Source: Thelocarpon superellum
Taxonomy: Eukaryota
Length of the DNA: 63,207 nt
Direction: 5' to 3'
NCBI GenBank assembly: GCA_026025795.1
Contig: JAPEUG010000059.1
Location: 1-63,207 of the forward strand
Shown: positions 37,608 to 48,585 of the stretch, piece by piece
Layout of the letters: every line of letters starts with the position of its first letter
How positions within the stretch are numbered: position 1 is the stretch's first letter
Notes under the pieces: generated by a model
What the model saw: only the letters and a program-made list of their open reading frames with translations
Databases searched by the model: none
Told to the model about the DNA's origin: nothing
Position numbers and translations under genes: made by a program

Positions 37608-38429
37608 ATGCTCGTCCTTGGGCTCACGGGATCGATTGCCACGGGCAAGTCCACCGTGTCGTCCCTACTCGCACAATCGCCGTACAACCTTCCCGTCATC
37701 GATGCCGACCTTCTAGCACGCAAAGTCGTCGAGCCCGGCACCACGGGCTACCACAAGATCGTCGCCTACTTTTCCGCCTCGACCCCGGATCTCCTGCTCC
37801 CCGCGGCCGAGGTGGGCGACCAGGGCCCCGATGGCAGGGGCCGGCCGCTGAATCGCCCCGCGCTCGGACGACGCGTCTTCGGCGATGCCCCCGCCCGCCG
37901 CCGCGACCGCGCCGCCCTCAACAAGATCGTGCATCCCGCGGTGCGATGGGAGATCTACAAGGGCCTGTTGCGCAATTACATCAGCGGCCATTGGGCCACG
38001 GTGCTTGACGTGCCGCTCCTATTTGAGTCGGGCGTCGACCCCATCTGCGGCACCGTCATGGTCGTGGCCGTGCAAGATCCTGAGATCCAGATGCGCCGCC
38101 TGCGGGCGCGCGATCGCCATCTAACCGAGGAGGATGCGCGGAACCGCGTCGCGAGCCAGGGCGACGTGCGCGAGAAGGCCAGACGGGCGGAGGCTCGCGG
38201 GCGGGGCAATGGCATCGTGGTGTGGAATGACGGGGACCCGGAGAAACTTCGGGCGGAGCTCGACAAGGCCATGCACGAGATTCGCAGCTACAGCCCGGAT
38301 TGGTGGTCCTGGCTCCTGTTGTTGTTGCCCCCACTGGCTGCCATCTTTGCCTTGGAATCCTTTGTTCGCTCCGGCCTCGCCAAAGGACGTTGGCAGGAGG
38401 AGCGACAGCTCGAGCGGGCGAAGCTGTGA
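37608..38429 (+). CDS. CAB5: Dephospho-CoA kinase
   Basis: GLTGSIATGKSTVS P-loop, IDADLLAR, LNKIVHPAV, LDVPLLFE; hydrophobic C-terminal segment; ends AKL. Confidence 0.95.
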   Translation: MLVLGLTGSIATGKSTVSSLLAQSPYNLPVIDADLLARKVVEPGTTGYHKIVAYFSASTPDLLLPAAEVGDQGPDGRGRPLNRPALGRRVFGDAPARRRDRAALNKIVHPAVRWEIYKGLLRNYISGHWATVLDVPLLFESGVDPICGTVMVVAVQDPEIQMRRLRARDRHLTEEDARNRVASQGDVREKARRAEARGRGNGIVVWNDGDPEKLRAELDKAMHEIRSYSPDWWSWLLLLLPPLAAIFALESFVRSGLAKGRWQEERQLERAKL

Positions 38430-39151
38430 CTGGGGCCCGGGACAAGGGAGCCTTACGGGAAAAGATATCTGCCCTATTGGTGGCTTCCATGAGCCGGATG
38501 CATCCGAGCAAGGGGGAGAGATCAGACGGGGTCGCGGTAGGGATCAGCGAGGCCATGTTTCTGACACTATCGCCCTCGCCTCCCGCCGCCATTGGTCCGG
38601 CATCGGCAGCACTCGCGTCGCTTCTTCCTCCGCTGCAACGGCGCTCCAGAAGCGATGCCCAGACAAGTTTGGGGCCACGACTGCGCCTTGCGCCGATGGT
38701 TATTGTTAGGACAAGGTTGGAGCGACAGGCCCATCTATGGTACCCACCTGCCCGCGGTATGACCTCCATGCACCCCATGCTCCCATGTTGCCCATCCCGC
38801 CCCAGTTCCCTCTCAGAGCTCCACCCCCAACACCTACCCCGGTCGCCCAGACGTCAGACCATGTGCACCGCACACGCCTATCTCACCTGGAGCACACCAG
38901 CCGCTAAGGTAGACTCATCCCACACTTGCTTGTAGGGCCATTGGCGCCAGGCACTTTATGCGCTGGCCGCTCGGAAGGCGCCGCCGGGCCCAGCCCCAAA
39001 GTAGAACGGGAGGCACCACGATACGAGCAGGGAAATAACGGCAGTTAGAGAGGAACTAGTTTGTCACGCCTTCGCTGAGGCTTAAGAACGCCCGGCGCCG
39101 AAGTCCTGCCGGATCTGTCGATGACCCATCGCCCTCTGTGCCTCCGACATC

Positions 39152-42121
39152 ATGGCGGCCAAAGACGTCGCCAAAGAGACGGCCAAGCGGCTCACGTCGC
39201 TCTTCTCAAGCAGCGAGGACAGACTCGATGCCCAGGCTCCCCAGCACCGCCGAGAGCCCTCCAATCCTCGGTTTTTGGTGCCGCCGTCCCCCTATGATGA
39301 CCCACTCGTCGGCTCGTCCCGTCGGGATGGGTCGAATTCGCCCTCACGCTCCTCCTCGCCCAAGCCGCGCGGACGTGGTCGCTTTGGCCACTGGCGCTCC
39401 CGCTCTTCCTCCCCGTCGGCGGAGGTACGAGAACTGCCTCGTTACTGGGTGGAAGTGGGGGGGAGGAAATTGTCGTATGATCCCTCGGCCTTGGCCCTTC
39501 CGCAAAAGGTGAGCAGCCCAGGACCGCCCATCTCACCCACAACGCTGACCGGCCAGGTTCCCGAGCTGTGGGACGAGACCGGCGATACCTTGATCTTCCT
39601 CTCCAGCCATGAGGTGGAGCGACCTCCCTCCTTCAAGCTCCGTTCCTCCGTCTACGCCGCCTCGCCTACCTTTGCCAAGGAACACCACGCTCCCCGTGCG
39701 CCCGGGGCGCCCCAGCGTGAGGGATCCCTCGACACCGCCACGAGCTTGCTGTCCTTGGATGACGCCGCTGAGCCCGCCGCGACCTCCACCGCCTCCCAGA
39801 CCGATGTGAGCTCCCTGGTGTCGCGGGAGCCCAGCATCGCCGAGGCCCCAAGGAGAGATGCATGCGTCTACTTTCCCATCCTCACCTCGACCGCCACACC
39901 AGTCTCGGCCGACGAGCTCGAAGCCCTGCTGTACGTGCGGAATGTGTTTGCATTCTTGATGCGTCAGCCACTAGTGGCATCACCCCAACGCCCGACGCAT
40001 TTCTACATCTTTCGCGCCATCGCCGAGTTCCTCCAGAAGCAAAGCTTCTCTAATTTCGACGGCTCCACCTTCGGCGAAGTGGCCTCGGCCAATCTTGACT
40101 TCTACCTGGACACGCTGCGCCTGGCCGATGTCAGAAATAACCCATACAAGATCGCCGAGGCCTTGGTGCTGGGCGAGGAGATGAAATCCATGCCGCTGTA
40201 CACCGAGGCCTTTGTGCACGGCGTGGGCAAGTTCGATGCGCTCAAGGAGCTGCCCGAGTCCATGACGAATCTGATCAACGGCCGGACCTGGAACCGCATG
40301 GAACGCGCCGCCTTTGCCCTCGAGACCCGTCTCCGCAGCGTGCGCACGCGGCTGACTGACTTTGACTTTCCCTCGCTCTTCACCGGCATCGCCAACTCCA
40401 CCGTGGCGTCGGACGTGAAGAGCTCCCACTTCAAGGCATGGAAGTCGTCCTTCATGGCGCTGCGCAAGCACACCATCGCCTATTACAAGGACTTGTATGG
40501 CGCCTGGCCGCCCAAGGCGAGCAGCAAGAAGCATGACTTCGAGGAGAGCGGTCTCAACCGTATGGTGCTTCAGATGCTCTATCGGGACCTGACGGATCTG
40601 TACGATCTGTTGGTCGATCGTACCTCGCTGACCACTCGCACGGCCGACGCGCATGACCACGCAGACGAGGAGACGCCGGACGTCGACGACTCGCTCCCGC
40701 GTGCCCTGAGACGGGTCATGAGCGAGTACGATCGCAGCTCACCGCCCGTTCAGCCGCCCATCCCCTTTGACACCCCCGTGCTCCCGGAACTGCCTCGGTC
40801 CCAGGTCGATGACTATCGCCTGCGCGCGTCTGGTGATCGTAGCAGGAAGCTGACGCCTGAGGAAACCAACCGGGTCATGGACGAGGCGTGCAATCCGGAG
40901 GCGAACAAACCCACCGTCTTCCTGGCCAGTTTCAAGGTCTTTGAGCGAAAGGCCGGCCAGGGACGATCGGTGGACGAGCTCGCCGATCAGCGGAACGGAC
41001 ACTGGATCTTCCTGTACGCCGTCTTGCAAGCACTTCCCATGGTGGTCATCGATGCTCCCAACATCCGCTGGACCCAGGCCGTTGAGTATTTCCTCTGCGA
41101 GCCGCCGAAGGGTGGGGTTCCATGGGTCAAGCAGGACCACCATCGGCAGAAGAGCTGGTACGGGGTGCCAGGAGGGTCGGGCGTCGTCAGTCTTCCCTCT
41201 GACGTGGTCGACCATGGGATCGAGGGCATCTACCGTCGCAGCCATTGCTGGACCGCGGCGCAGAAATGGGCGGCCGAAGAACCTAACGTCGACCAATTGG
41301 CCGCCTCCAGCATCGACGGGAGTGGAAGAAGCGGCCATCCTCCATCCTCAGGGACAGCCATGCCCCCGGGAATGCTAGGAAACCTTCCGCCTCCCACTTA
41401 TGCTGCCTCCATGCCGTCAGAGCTACCGGCGTCTCACACCCCTCCCCTTCCTACCAACACGCCGCCGGCGATCATCCCACCCGAGCTGCCTGCGCATCCC
41501 TCCCCTCCCGTCGCCACGACCACGCCGCCGACCATCGTACCACCGGAGCTACCATCATATTCCCCGCCTCCGGTTCCAACCACCACACCACCGGCCGACA
41601 TGCAAGCGGACCTGCCACTGCATCCGCCGCCGCCGATTCCGTCGGCCACCCCGCCAGCCGCCACGGCCTCGCCGTCTCCACCTCCTCTCCACTACCCGCC
41701 ACCACCGCCGTCAACCTACAGCGATGGACGCAGCACGATGTCGTCTCTCTCCCTCTCGACACACCGACCGCCCAATCCCACCCCGCCGCCATCTCAATCC
41801 GACTCCCCAGCGCCTGGACCTGGACCAGCGCCTGTACTTGCGGCTTCATCGGGGTTCTCGCCTGGAGGACTCACACCCGCGACAAGACCTCGCGGCAATT
41901 CCAATCGAGCTAGTTCCGTCTTCATGGGGCTTGAGGCGCTCCCACTACCAGCAGGCGTAACTCCCGAGATGCCAACGGCCATGCAGCGTCGTCTGAGCCA
42001 GGTGTCGGATTCGGCCAAGAACTTTGAGGACATTCTTGCCAGCGTCGAGGCGGATCAGCAGAAGGGAAAGCGTCAGCTGAAGGAGGAGAAGGCCAAGAGG
42101 AAGAGATCAATGATTTTTTGA
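39152..42121 (+). CDS. Conserved fungal protein (DUF8004-like) with Pro-rich repeat tail
   Basis: 989-codon ORF containing an in-frame 48-nt intron (39509-39556); ELWDETGDTLIFL, EAFVHGVG, YGAWPP, HWIFLYAVLQAL motifs. Family name from recall. Confidence 0.75.
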   Translation: MAAKDVAKETAKRLTSLFSSSEDRLDAQAPQHRREPSNPRFLVPPSPYDDPLVGSSRRDGSNSPSRSSSPKPRGRGRFGHWRSRSSSPSAEVRELPRYWVEVGGRKLSYDPSALALPQKVSSPGPPISPTTLTGQVPELWDETGDTLIFLSSHEVERPPSFKLRSSVYAASPTFAKEHHAPRAPGAPQREGSLDTATSLLSLDDAAEPAATSTASQTDVSSLVSREPSIAEAPRRDACVYFPILTSTATPVSADELEALLYVRNVFAFLMRQPLVASPQRPTHFYIFRAIAEFLQKQSFSNFDGSTFGEVASANLDFYLDTLRLADVRNNPYKIAEALVLGEEMKSMPLYTEAFVHGVGKFDALKELPESMTNLINGRTWNRMERAAFALETRLRSVRTRLTDFDFPSLFTGIANSTVASDVKSSHFKAWKSSFMALRKHTIAYYKDLYGAWPPKASSKKHDFEESGLNRMVLQMLYRDLTDLYDLLVDRTSLTTRTADAHDHADEETPDVDDSLPRALRRVMSEYDRSSPPVQPPIPFDTPVLPELPRSQVDDYRLRASGDRSRKLTPEETNRVMDEACNPEANKPTVFLASFKVFERKAGQGRSVDELADQRNGHWIFLYAVLQALPMVVIDAPNIRWTQAVEYFLCEPPKGGVPWVKQDHHRQKSWYGVPGGSGVVSLPSDVVDHGIEGIYRRSHCWTAAQKWAAEEPNVDQLAASSIDGSGRSGHPPSSGTAMPPGMLGNLPPPTYAASMPSELPASHTPPLPTNTPPAIIPPELPAHPSPPVATTTPPTIVPPELPSYSPPPVPTTTPPADMQADLPLHPPPPIPSATPPAATASPSPPPLHYPPPPPSTYSDGRSTMSSLSLSTHRPPNPTPPPSQSDSPAPGPGPAPVLAASSGFSPGGLTPATRPRGNSNRASSVFMGLEALPLPAGVTPEMPTAMQRRLSQVSDSAKNFEDILASVEADQQKGKRQLKEEKAKRKRSMIF
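41414..41665 (+). repeat. Coding tandem repeat, 4 x 63 nt (21 aa; xxELPxxxxPPxPTxTPPxxx)
   Basis: PSELPASHTPPLPTNTPPAII / PPELPAHPSPPVATTTPPTIV / PPELPSYSPPPVPTTTPPADM / QADLPLHPPPPIPSATPPAAT. Confidence 0.85.
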
Positions 42122-42449
42122 GGAAAGGGCGGGGGCAGCATATTTCTTATGGCTGACGACTTTACCACCATCCTTTGGCGAGCCTTGGCTCATCATCTTA
42201 CACGTACAGGTCCTAGTACGCCTCATCATTCCTTCTTCTCTCTTCTCTTTCTTTCTTGCTCTCTTGCTTCCCTCCTCTACGGCCTGATCCAGCATAGCTA
42301 GGTGGCCAGGTGGCCAGGTAGCCAGGAAGCACGTAGAGCAGGAAACAACTCGCGAGAATGTCACGATGTTCAGCATGTCATCTATTCACAGCAATGGCAT
42401 TGACGGACATAGATACAGACTAGACCAGAGGGAGACGGAGCAGAGCAGA

Positions 42450-43632
42450 TTAGACCGATCGCACATACCGTCCTGTCACGATGCAGTGATCTCGCTCAAA
42501 GGGTTCTATAAGGTCAGGTTAGCGCCACCTACACGTACCCACCCACCCAAGACACAGATATCGCCGGACTTGACTCACCGAGGGTCAGCTGCTCCAGAGG
42601 CTTGATACGCTCCTCGCGCATCTTGGTGACTTCGCGAGCAAAGACGGCCTCGGGGGCCGCGGTGCTGTCGATACAATTGGCCTTGATGCTGACGACGACG
42701 CCGCCGCCGACTTTGAGGAAGAGGTGTGCGTTGAGCCCCACGATGCGCGCCTGGTCCGGCTGCGCCACGTCGGCGAAGATGACGTCGACCATCGACACCA
42801 GCATCCGGTACTTCAGCGGGTGTCGCGCGTCTTCGATGATGGGGATCACGTTCGTGCGGTGCGTCGCCATGTTGATCAGGTCGCGGCCGGACCGGTGCGA
42901 GAACTCCACGGCGAAGACGATCCCCGTCGGTCCCACAATGTCGGCTACGTGTGAGACGGACGTGCCCGACGCTGCGCCCAGATAGAGTACCTTCGCGCCA
43001 GGCCGGATGAAGATCTCGTCCAGCCCGCCTAAAATGCCGGCCGCCAGCTTGCTGCGGAACGGATTCCATACGCGGTATTCGACCTTGGTCGCCGCGGGCG
43101 TGACGTTCCCGTTGGAAGCGGAAGCGTCGCTTTTGCTGGCCGCCGGCGCTTCCACCAAGATGCGCTTCTCGCTGTACACGGACTCGCCTGGCGTGAGGTT
43201 CTTCGTCACTAACATGTCTTCCTTGCCGCCGCGGGCGACGAAGACGCCGGCATGTCGATGGGGTTCCTGGGGGTGGTCAGAAGCCTGCGGCGGTGATGAG
43301 TGGGCTCGGCGGGTGGATGGGTGCATACGATGATGACTTTTGCGCCGCCTTTCGCGCCGCCACCTCTCCCCCGGGGCGCGCCTCGTCCGCCTCGACCTCG
43401 GCCTCTCGAGTCGCCGAATCCTCCTCGTCCTCCTCGCGGCGCTCCTCGTCCCGCACCGAAGCCACCTTTGCGTTCCGTCTTGTTAGGTGCAGGCCACGCA
43501 GTCGGAGCAGTCGGTCCAATTCTCACCTCTTGATCCGCCTCGTCCCCCTCCTCTAGGCGTGCCTCGTCCTCGATCTCCAAATCCTCCCCGACCTCCTCCA
43601 GCTCCACCTCGGCCTCGCGGAGTAAAGGCCAT
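42450..43632 (-). CDS. NOP1: Fibrillarin (rRNA 2'-O-methyltransferase)
   Basis: RGG/GAR N-terminus; [37 protein letters not shown]; last exon [10 protein letters not shown]. Confidence 0.97.
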
Positions 43633-44017
43633 GGCGTTGATCAATCGGGGTGAGAATGCGACGCCTCAATCAAAATTCTGGTGGTTCGTGATCGGTTGCT
43701 CGTTTGGTGTGGAGCTCCAGCTGGAACTGAGGTGAAGAGCTCTGCAACTTTAGTCGACGCTAAGAACTTTCTGTAGGAAGTTGAGGTACAAGTGCCGGTG
43801 CAAAGTACCTCCCGTAACCTCGTACCCCGGCCAAGCAGTAAGTGCCGCGGACTCTGCGCTGGAGAGATCGCAATCATCCGATCATTTCCAACACATTTCA
43901 CAGCCTTCTGAAGAAGAAATTGGTTCAACAAGGCTACGCCTCTGTTCTGTCAGAAAGTCTTCGAGAAACCACATACCCAAAGCCCAGGAAAGCGTTGTGA
44001 GGAGGCAAACCTCGGGT

Positions 44018-44026
44018 TAGCCCTAA
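44018..44026 (-). promoter_or_regulatory. TTAGGGCTA Tbf1-type ribosomal-protein promoter element in the NOP1/RPL17 divergent promoter
   Basis: TAGCCCTAA on + strand, about 110 bp upstream of the RPL17 ATG; matches the element bound by Tbf1 at Candida albicans RP genes. Confidence 0.6.
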
Positions 44027-44137
44027 GGTGGTGGGCTGCCAACTATTCGCTTCGCCTAACGACACATAGGCTGACTGAAAATCATCGGCCTTCAACCGCC
44101 GACACCCCAACGGACATCTACCGGCACCTCCAACACG

Positions 44138-44884
44138 ATGGTAGGTCATCTCCAGACGCTGTCCTCAAGCCATCGTGAAGCTGGACGATTACGCGTATAC
44201 TGACGTCTCCAAGGTCCGATACGCAGCGACGCAGATCCATCCGTCCAAGTCGGCGCGTGCCCGTGGCGCCTACCTTCGAGTCTCATTCAAGAACACGCGT
44301 GAGACCGCACAGGCGATCAATGGGTGGAAGCTTCAGCGAGCCGTGACCTTCCTCGAAAATGTCAAGGGTCACAAGGAAGCCGTGCCCATGCGACGATATG
44401 CTGGTGGCACTGGTCGCACGGCGCAGGGTTGGTTCTACTGGACTACGTTCGAATTAGCACGCCTCTGACGATGAGATTCAGGCAAGCAGTTCGGTGTCTC
44501 AAGAGCGCGATGGCCCGTGAAATCCGCCGAGTTCCTCCTCACTCTCCTCCGCAACGCTGAGGCCAACGCCGACACCAAGGGTCTGGACACGGGCAATCTG
44601 ATCGTCAAGCACATCCAAGTCAACCAAGCCCCAAAACAGCGACGACGAACCTACCGCGCTCACGGTCGGGTAAGATGACTTGGCTTTGCAACCATCTATG
44701 TTCGCGGGACTAATCGCGGGGACAGATCAACCCTTACATGTCGAATCCCTGCCACATCGAATTGATCTTGACGGAAGGCGAGGAAGTGGTGCAGAAGGCC
44801 CCTCCGGTGGTTGAGCGAGAGCAATTGCGGTTGAACGCACGACAACGAGGAGCTAGACAACGACGTGCCATCACGGCTGCGTGA
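44138..44884 (+). CDS. RPL17: 60S ribosomal protein L17 (uL22)
   Basis: ATG-only first coding exon; exons 44214-44427, 44482-44669 and 44726-44884; [42 protein letters not shown]. Confidence 0.97.
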
Positions 44885-45379
44885 GAGAGCGAGAGAGCGA
44901 GAGAGCGAGAGATGCGGGAGATGCGAGAGATGCGAGAAGTTCTTTGACGGACATGGACATGGGCATGGACCTGCACACTGGCACGGGGTGATGAGGAAGA
45001 AAGGCAGGAGGTGAGAAAGATGGGTCGGTTGTGTGCTTAGTACATGAGATGTTCGGGTGTGGATCAATCCATCAACCAGCCAACCAACCAATCAATGAGG
45101 TCCGTGACATTGTGACTGTGAACTAGCTAGCCGCCGACGAATCGAAAGAGACAACAGTTGATGTCTTGACGGGATGAAGCGTGGGTGTGAGGTGTGAGGT
45201 GTGAGGTGTTGGAGTGTGGGGTGTGGAAGGAGCGGAACGCAACACATTTCTCCGCTGTCCTCAACCGCTCGACCCGTCCCTCGCCGTTCCATCTCCATCG
45301 GCCGTCTCCACCTTGTCGCATCTCCTCTGTCTCCGTCCGCAGTCTCCATCTTCGCTTCATCCCAATCAACGTCGGCCTC

Positions 45380-48122
45380 TCACATCCAGTTCACGCCCAG
45401 GTCGAACGAAGGAATAGGAACGGGCAGGGTAGACCGCGGGGACGTGATGCTGCCCTGAAAGCGGCCTGTTCCCCCCGGTGGTCGCCCATCCTCCACTGCG
45501 GCCTGCTCGTTCTCGTCCTCCGGCCAGCCCTCATCGAGATTCCAGGCCAGAGAGAGCGTCATGAACTCCTCCGCCTCGATGTGTGGTACGATGATGGCCA
45601 GCATCGGGTCGTTGGAGTTCATCAGCTGTGGGGCGAGCCCGTGGCGGCGTCGCTCCAGCTGCAGCGTCAGCCGTGGTTGGATTGGTGCGTCGATCGCCTC
45701 TTGGTTCCATCGCAGCTGTAGGTGAGCGTAGCCACATGACACAAAGTCCACGCGCTCGAGCGAGCCATTGTACCGTGGCTTCTTGCTCGGTCCTAGGCCT
45801 GCCTCCGCGCGGCAGTCGGAGAGCGTCATCCCCGGCGATAGCTGGTCGATGCACTCCACCCAGCATCCGTGGCGTGGCGACACCGTCCAGTCGTACGACT
45901 CGTCGTCGAACAGTGCCTCCGCCTCCGCCTCTGCGGTGCCTTCGTCTTCGTCCGGATCGTCTTCCTCGAGCGCCATCTCCGCGGCGAGGTAGGGGTTGAT
46001 GGTCGGGTCGAGATGCGGGTTGATCAGGATCTGGAGCGGCGTGAAGATGGGGTGGGCCGGCTCTTCTTCCGGGGCTGCGTTCGTCTCCGCCAGCGGGCTC
46101 TGGGTCGGGCAGGCGGTCAGTGACACGGAGATGAGGCCAAGCGTCCGGAGCTGGTGGGCCTGGAGGGCTTTGACGAAGCGAACGAAGGCGCGTGGCGTCA
46201 CCCAGCAGTTGTCGAGGATGAGGTGCTCGACGTGAGGAAGGGGGAGCAACGGCGTGCCGTCTGTCATCTCCAGGAGATCGTAGGACGCGTGGACGATTGG
46301 CGCGGCGAGGATGTATTGGTTGCGCACCATCAGCCCGGGCGCACGCTCGCCACCATCGAGCCAGCCGAATCGGAGGCGCTTGACCGAGGTCAGAGGCGCG
46401 ATGAACTCGCGGAGCAGGCGGTAGACCAGCGGCACCGCCTTCGACGGCTCCATGGTCGCCGTGTCGCTCTCGTCGAGCTTCTCATCGGCCGAGATCTCTC
46501 GCCAGGTCGGCGACACCGCGAGGTGCACCGTGGCGAGGCTTGGCAGCGCCGACCAGAAGTCATGTCGGCACAGGAGCGGCACCTGGTGGCTAGCCAGGCG
46601 CGCGATCCGGAGGCTGGTGACCCCGTGAAAGGTCGGCAGCGAGCGGACGACGGCCACGGCGTAGGAGGTCAAGTAGGCCCGTTGGACCCACTCCGTCTCC
46701 ACCAACCACGCCTGCTGCTCCTTGGTGAGCCTGGCCGGGATCAACCGCGCCATGCGCTCCACCTTAGTCTCCAGGTTCCGGACGCCGGCCGCCGCCGACG
46801 CCGAAACCTGAGCCTCCATCTCCGCTTGGGAGATGGGTTCGGCACCCAAGACCGCGCCCTCATCTTCCATGGGGGCGGGTGGTGGCTGTAGGATGCCGAA
46901 CGGTGAAACGATGAGGTGTGAGTCATCAATCGCCGACTCGTCTTCTTCTTCCTCGTCCAGGTTCACGTCGTCAGAGAGCGAGGTGAGTCCTCGGGCCCGA
47001 CGGTCTTGGTCGCGTGCCAGAAAGTTTTGCTTGCTTGTTTCGCGCTCGCTCGACACCTGACGGGTCCGCCCGAGCACGCGCGGCTTCTCCTTGCACACCA
47101 CCGTGCGTTCCGACACGTCCGCGCCGTTCAGCCAGCCGAGCCCGCCGTTGACGGACAGGGCCAGTTCGGTGACTTGCGGGAGGTGGGCAAAGGCCGCGGC
47201 CATGGTACGGCTAGCCTCACTCGTCTTCTCCATCCCGGCCGAGAGCGAGTAGCGATGGTAGAAATCGTACGGCCATTGGTATTCGCCCCAGAACGCCAAT
47301 CGCTCTTCTACATTGTTGCGCGCCGGCGGGTCCAGCAGATCGTCTGGCACGCGTGGTCAGCATGATTGCATCCGTGCATCCGTGCATCTGTGCATCCGTG
47401 CATCTGTGCATCTGTGCGTCCACGCATGCCTGCACAGAGTGTGTTCATACCTTCGTCAATCTCATAAGCCATGCCTAGGCGGTTGATAGAACTACCAAAT
47501 CCACGCATCATCGTCATGCCATCATCTGGAGAATGCGCGCGCGGTGTCAGCGATAGATTTCCAGATCACAAGCCATCACCACAATCGGACCCTTTGGTAG
47601 ATGTGACATACCCTTGAACAAGACCAGGCCCTTCTCCATCTGCTCACAAGACTTTGTGGCGCCATCCTTCTCCCACCGATCGGGCGAGCGTGTTTCCGCC
47701 CGCAGGCAGAAGAGATCAGGAAGAAAGGGGATGACGACGGATCGGAAAAGCAGCGGAGCGATCTTCGCGTCGAACTCGCGGCACACCAGCCTTAGATTCT
47801 CCACATCCTGGCGAGAGAGGGAGTCGGCGATGAGTTGAAAGATCTCGGTCGGTATGCCATGGGACGGCCATCCTGAGCTACGGTCGGTTGCGGTGCACCC
47901 CATCGCAGACATGGTCACTGCGCGGTGCTGCTGGACAGTCTCGGTGAACCTCAGAGGGGTGATGGTCACAGGACGTTGCGGCTGCGGGGTAGCAGTGATG
48001 GTCATGGTCGTGGGAGTGAGGGAGGTGGAAGGCCCACCCTGCGGTGGAGAAAGAACAAGGGAGTGGAACTGTGGGATCACCTCCTCATGCCCAGTGTCAG
48101 GCTCAGATCCTGCATCTGCCAT
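45380..48122 (-). CDS. F-box domain protein
   Basis: IPTEIFQLIADSLSRQDVENLRLVCREF F-box; introns at about 47611-47526 and 47450-47345; LRR-like strands downstream. Confidence 0.85.
47367..47417. repeat. Intronic 8-bp minisatellite (TGCATCYG)x6
   Basis: Directly visible in intron 2 of the F-box gene. Confidence 0.85.
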
Positions 48123-48585
48123 GGCGACGATGCAGATGGGCGGATCGTTGCAGCCGCAACTTCAAGGATGGGACGCTCGGATGCTGTGAAGGTGACGGAC
48201 AAGAGGCAAGAATCACGATCACGGCCAGTGTGTCTGTTGGCAGATGGTGTCGACAGTTCCTAGACAGCGAGGATGGAGGGAAAGGAAAAGGGTGGTAGAG
48301 CAGCCAGGGAAGTGGAGCAGAGACTGGCAGGTAGTGTGGGTAACGCGTCACGCTCATGCAACGGAATCATAACATGGAAGCTCCATGCGTGAATGATAGT
48401 CTAGCGCCTGGACGACCTTCGCCAAGTTGCGTCTCAATGTTCTGCAGGATGGTGACCGTCTACCTGGGCTGAACGTCACTGGTCCACCCAGCCCATGTGT
48501 CCCATTCCACCTCACTGGTAAAGAAGGACTTGGTTAAGAGCTCGAGATTGACATTCACGCTGACCCGGCCTCGCCCCCTCGAGAC

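Noticed and set aside
44141..44725. Intronic snoRNAs in RPL17
   Set aside because: Introns are only 54-73 nt and lack C/D box pairs.
44884..45220. GAGAGC/GAGATGC, GGACAT and GTGTGAG short tandem repeats
   Set aside because: Ordinary 3'-UTR/intergenic slippage repeats; no spacers, not CRISPR-like.
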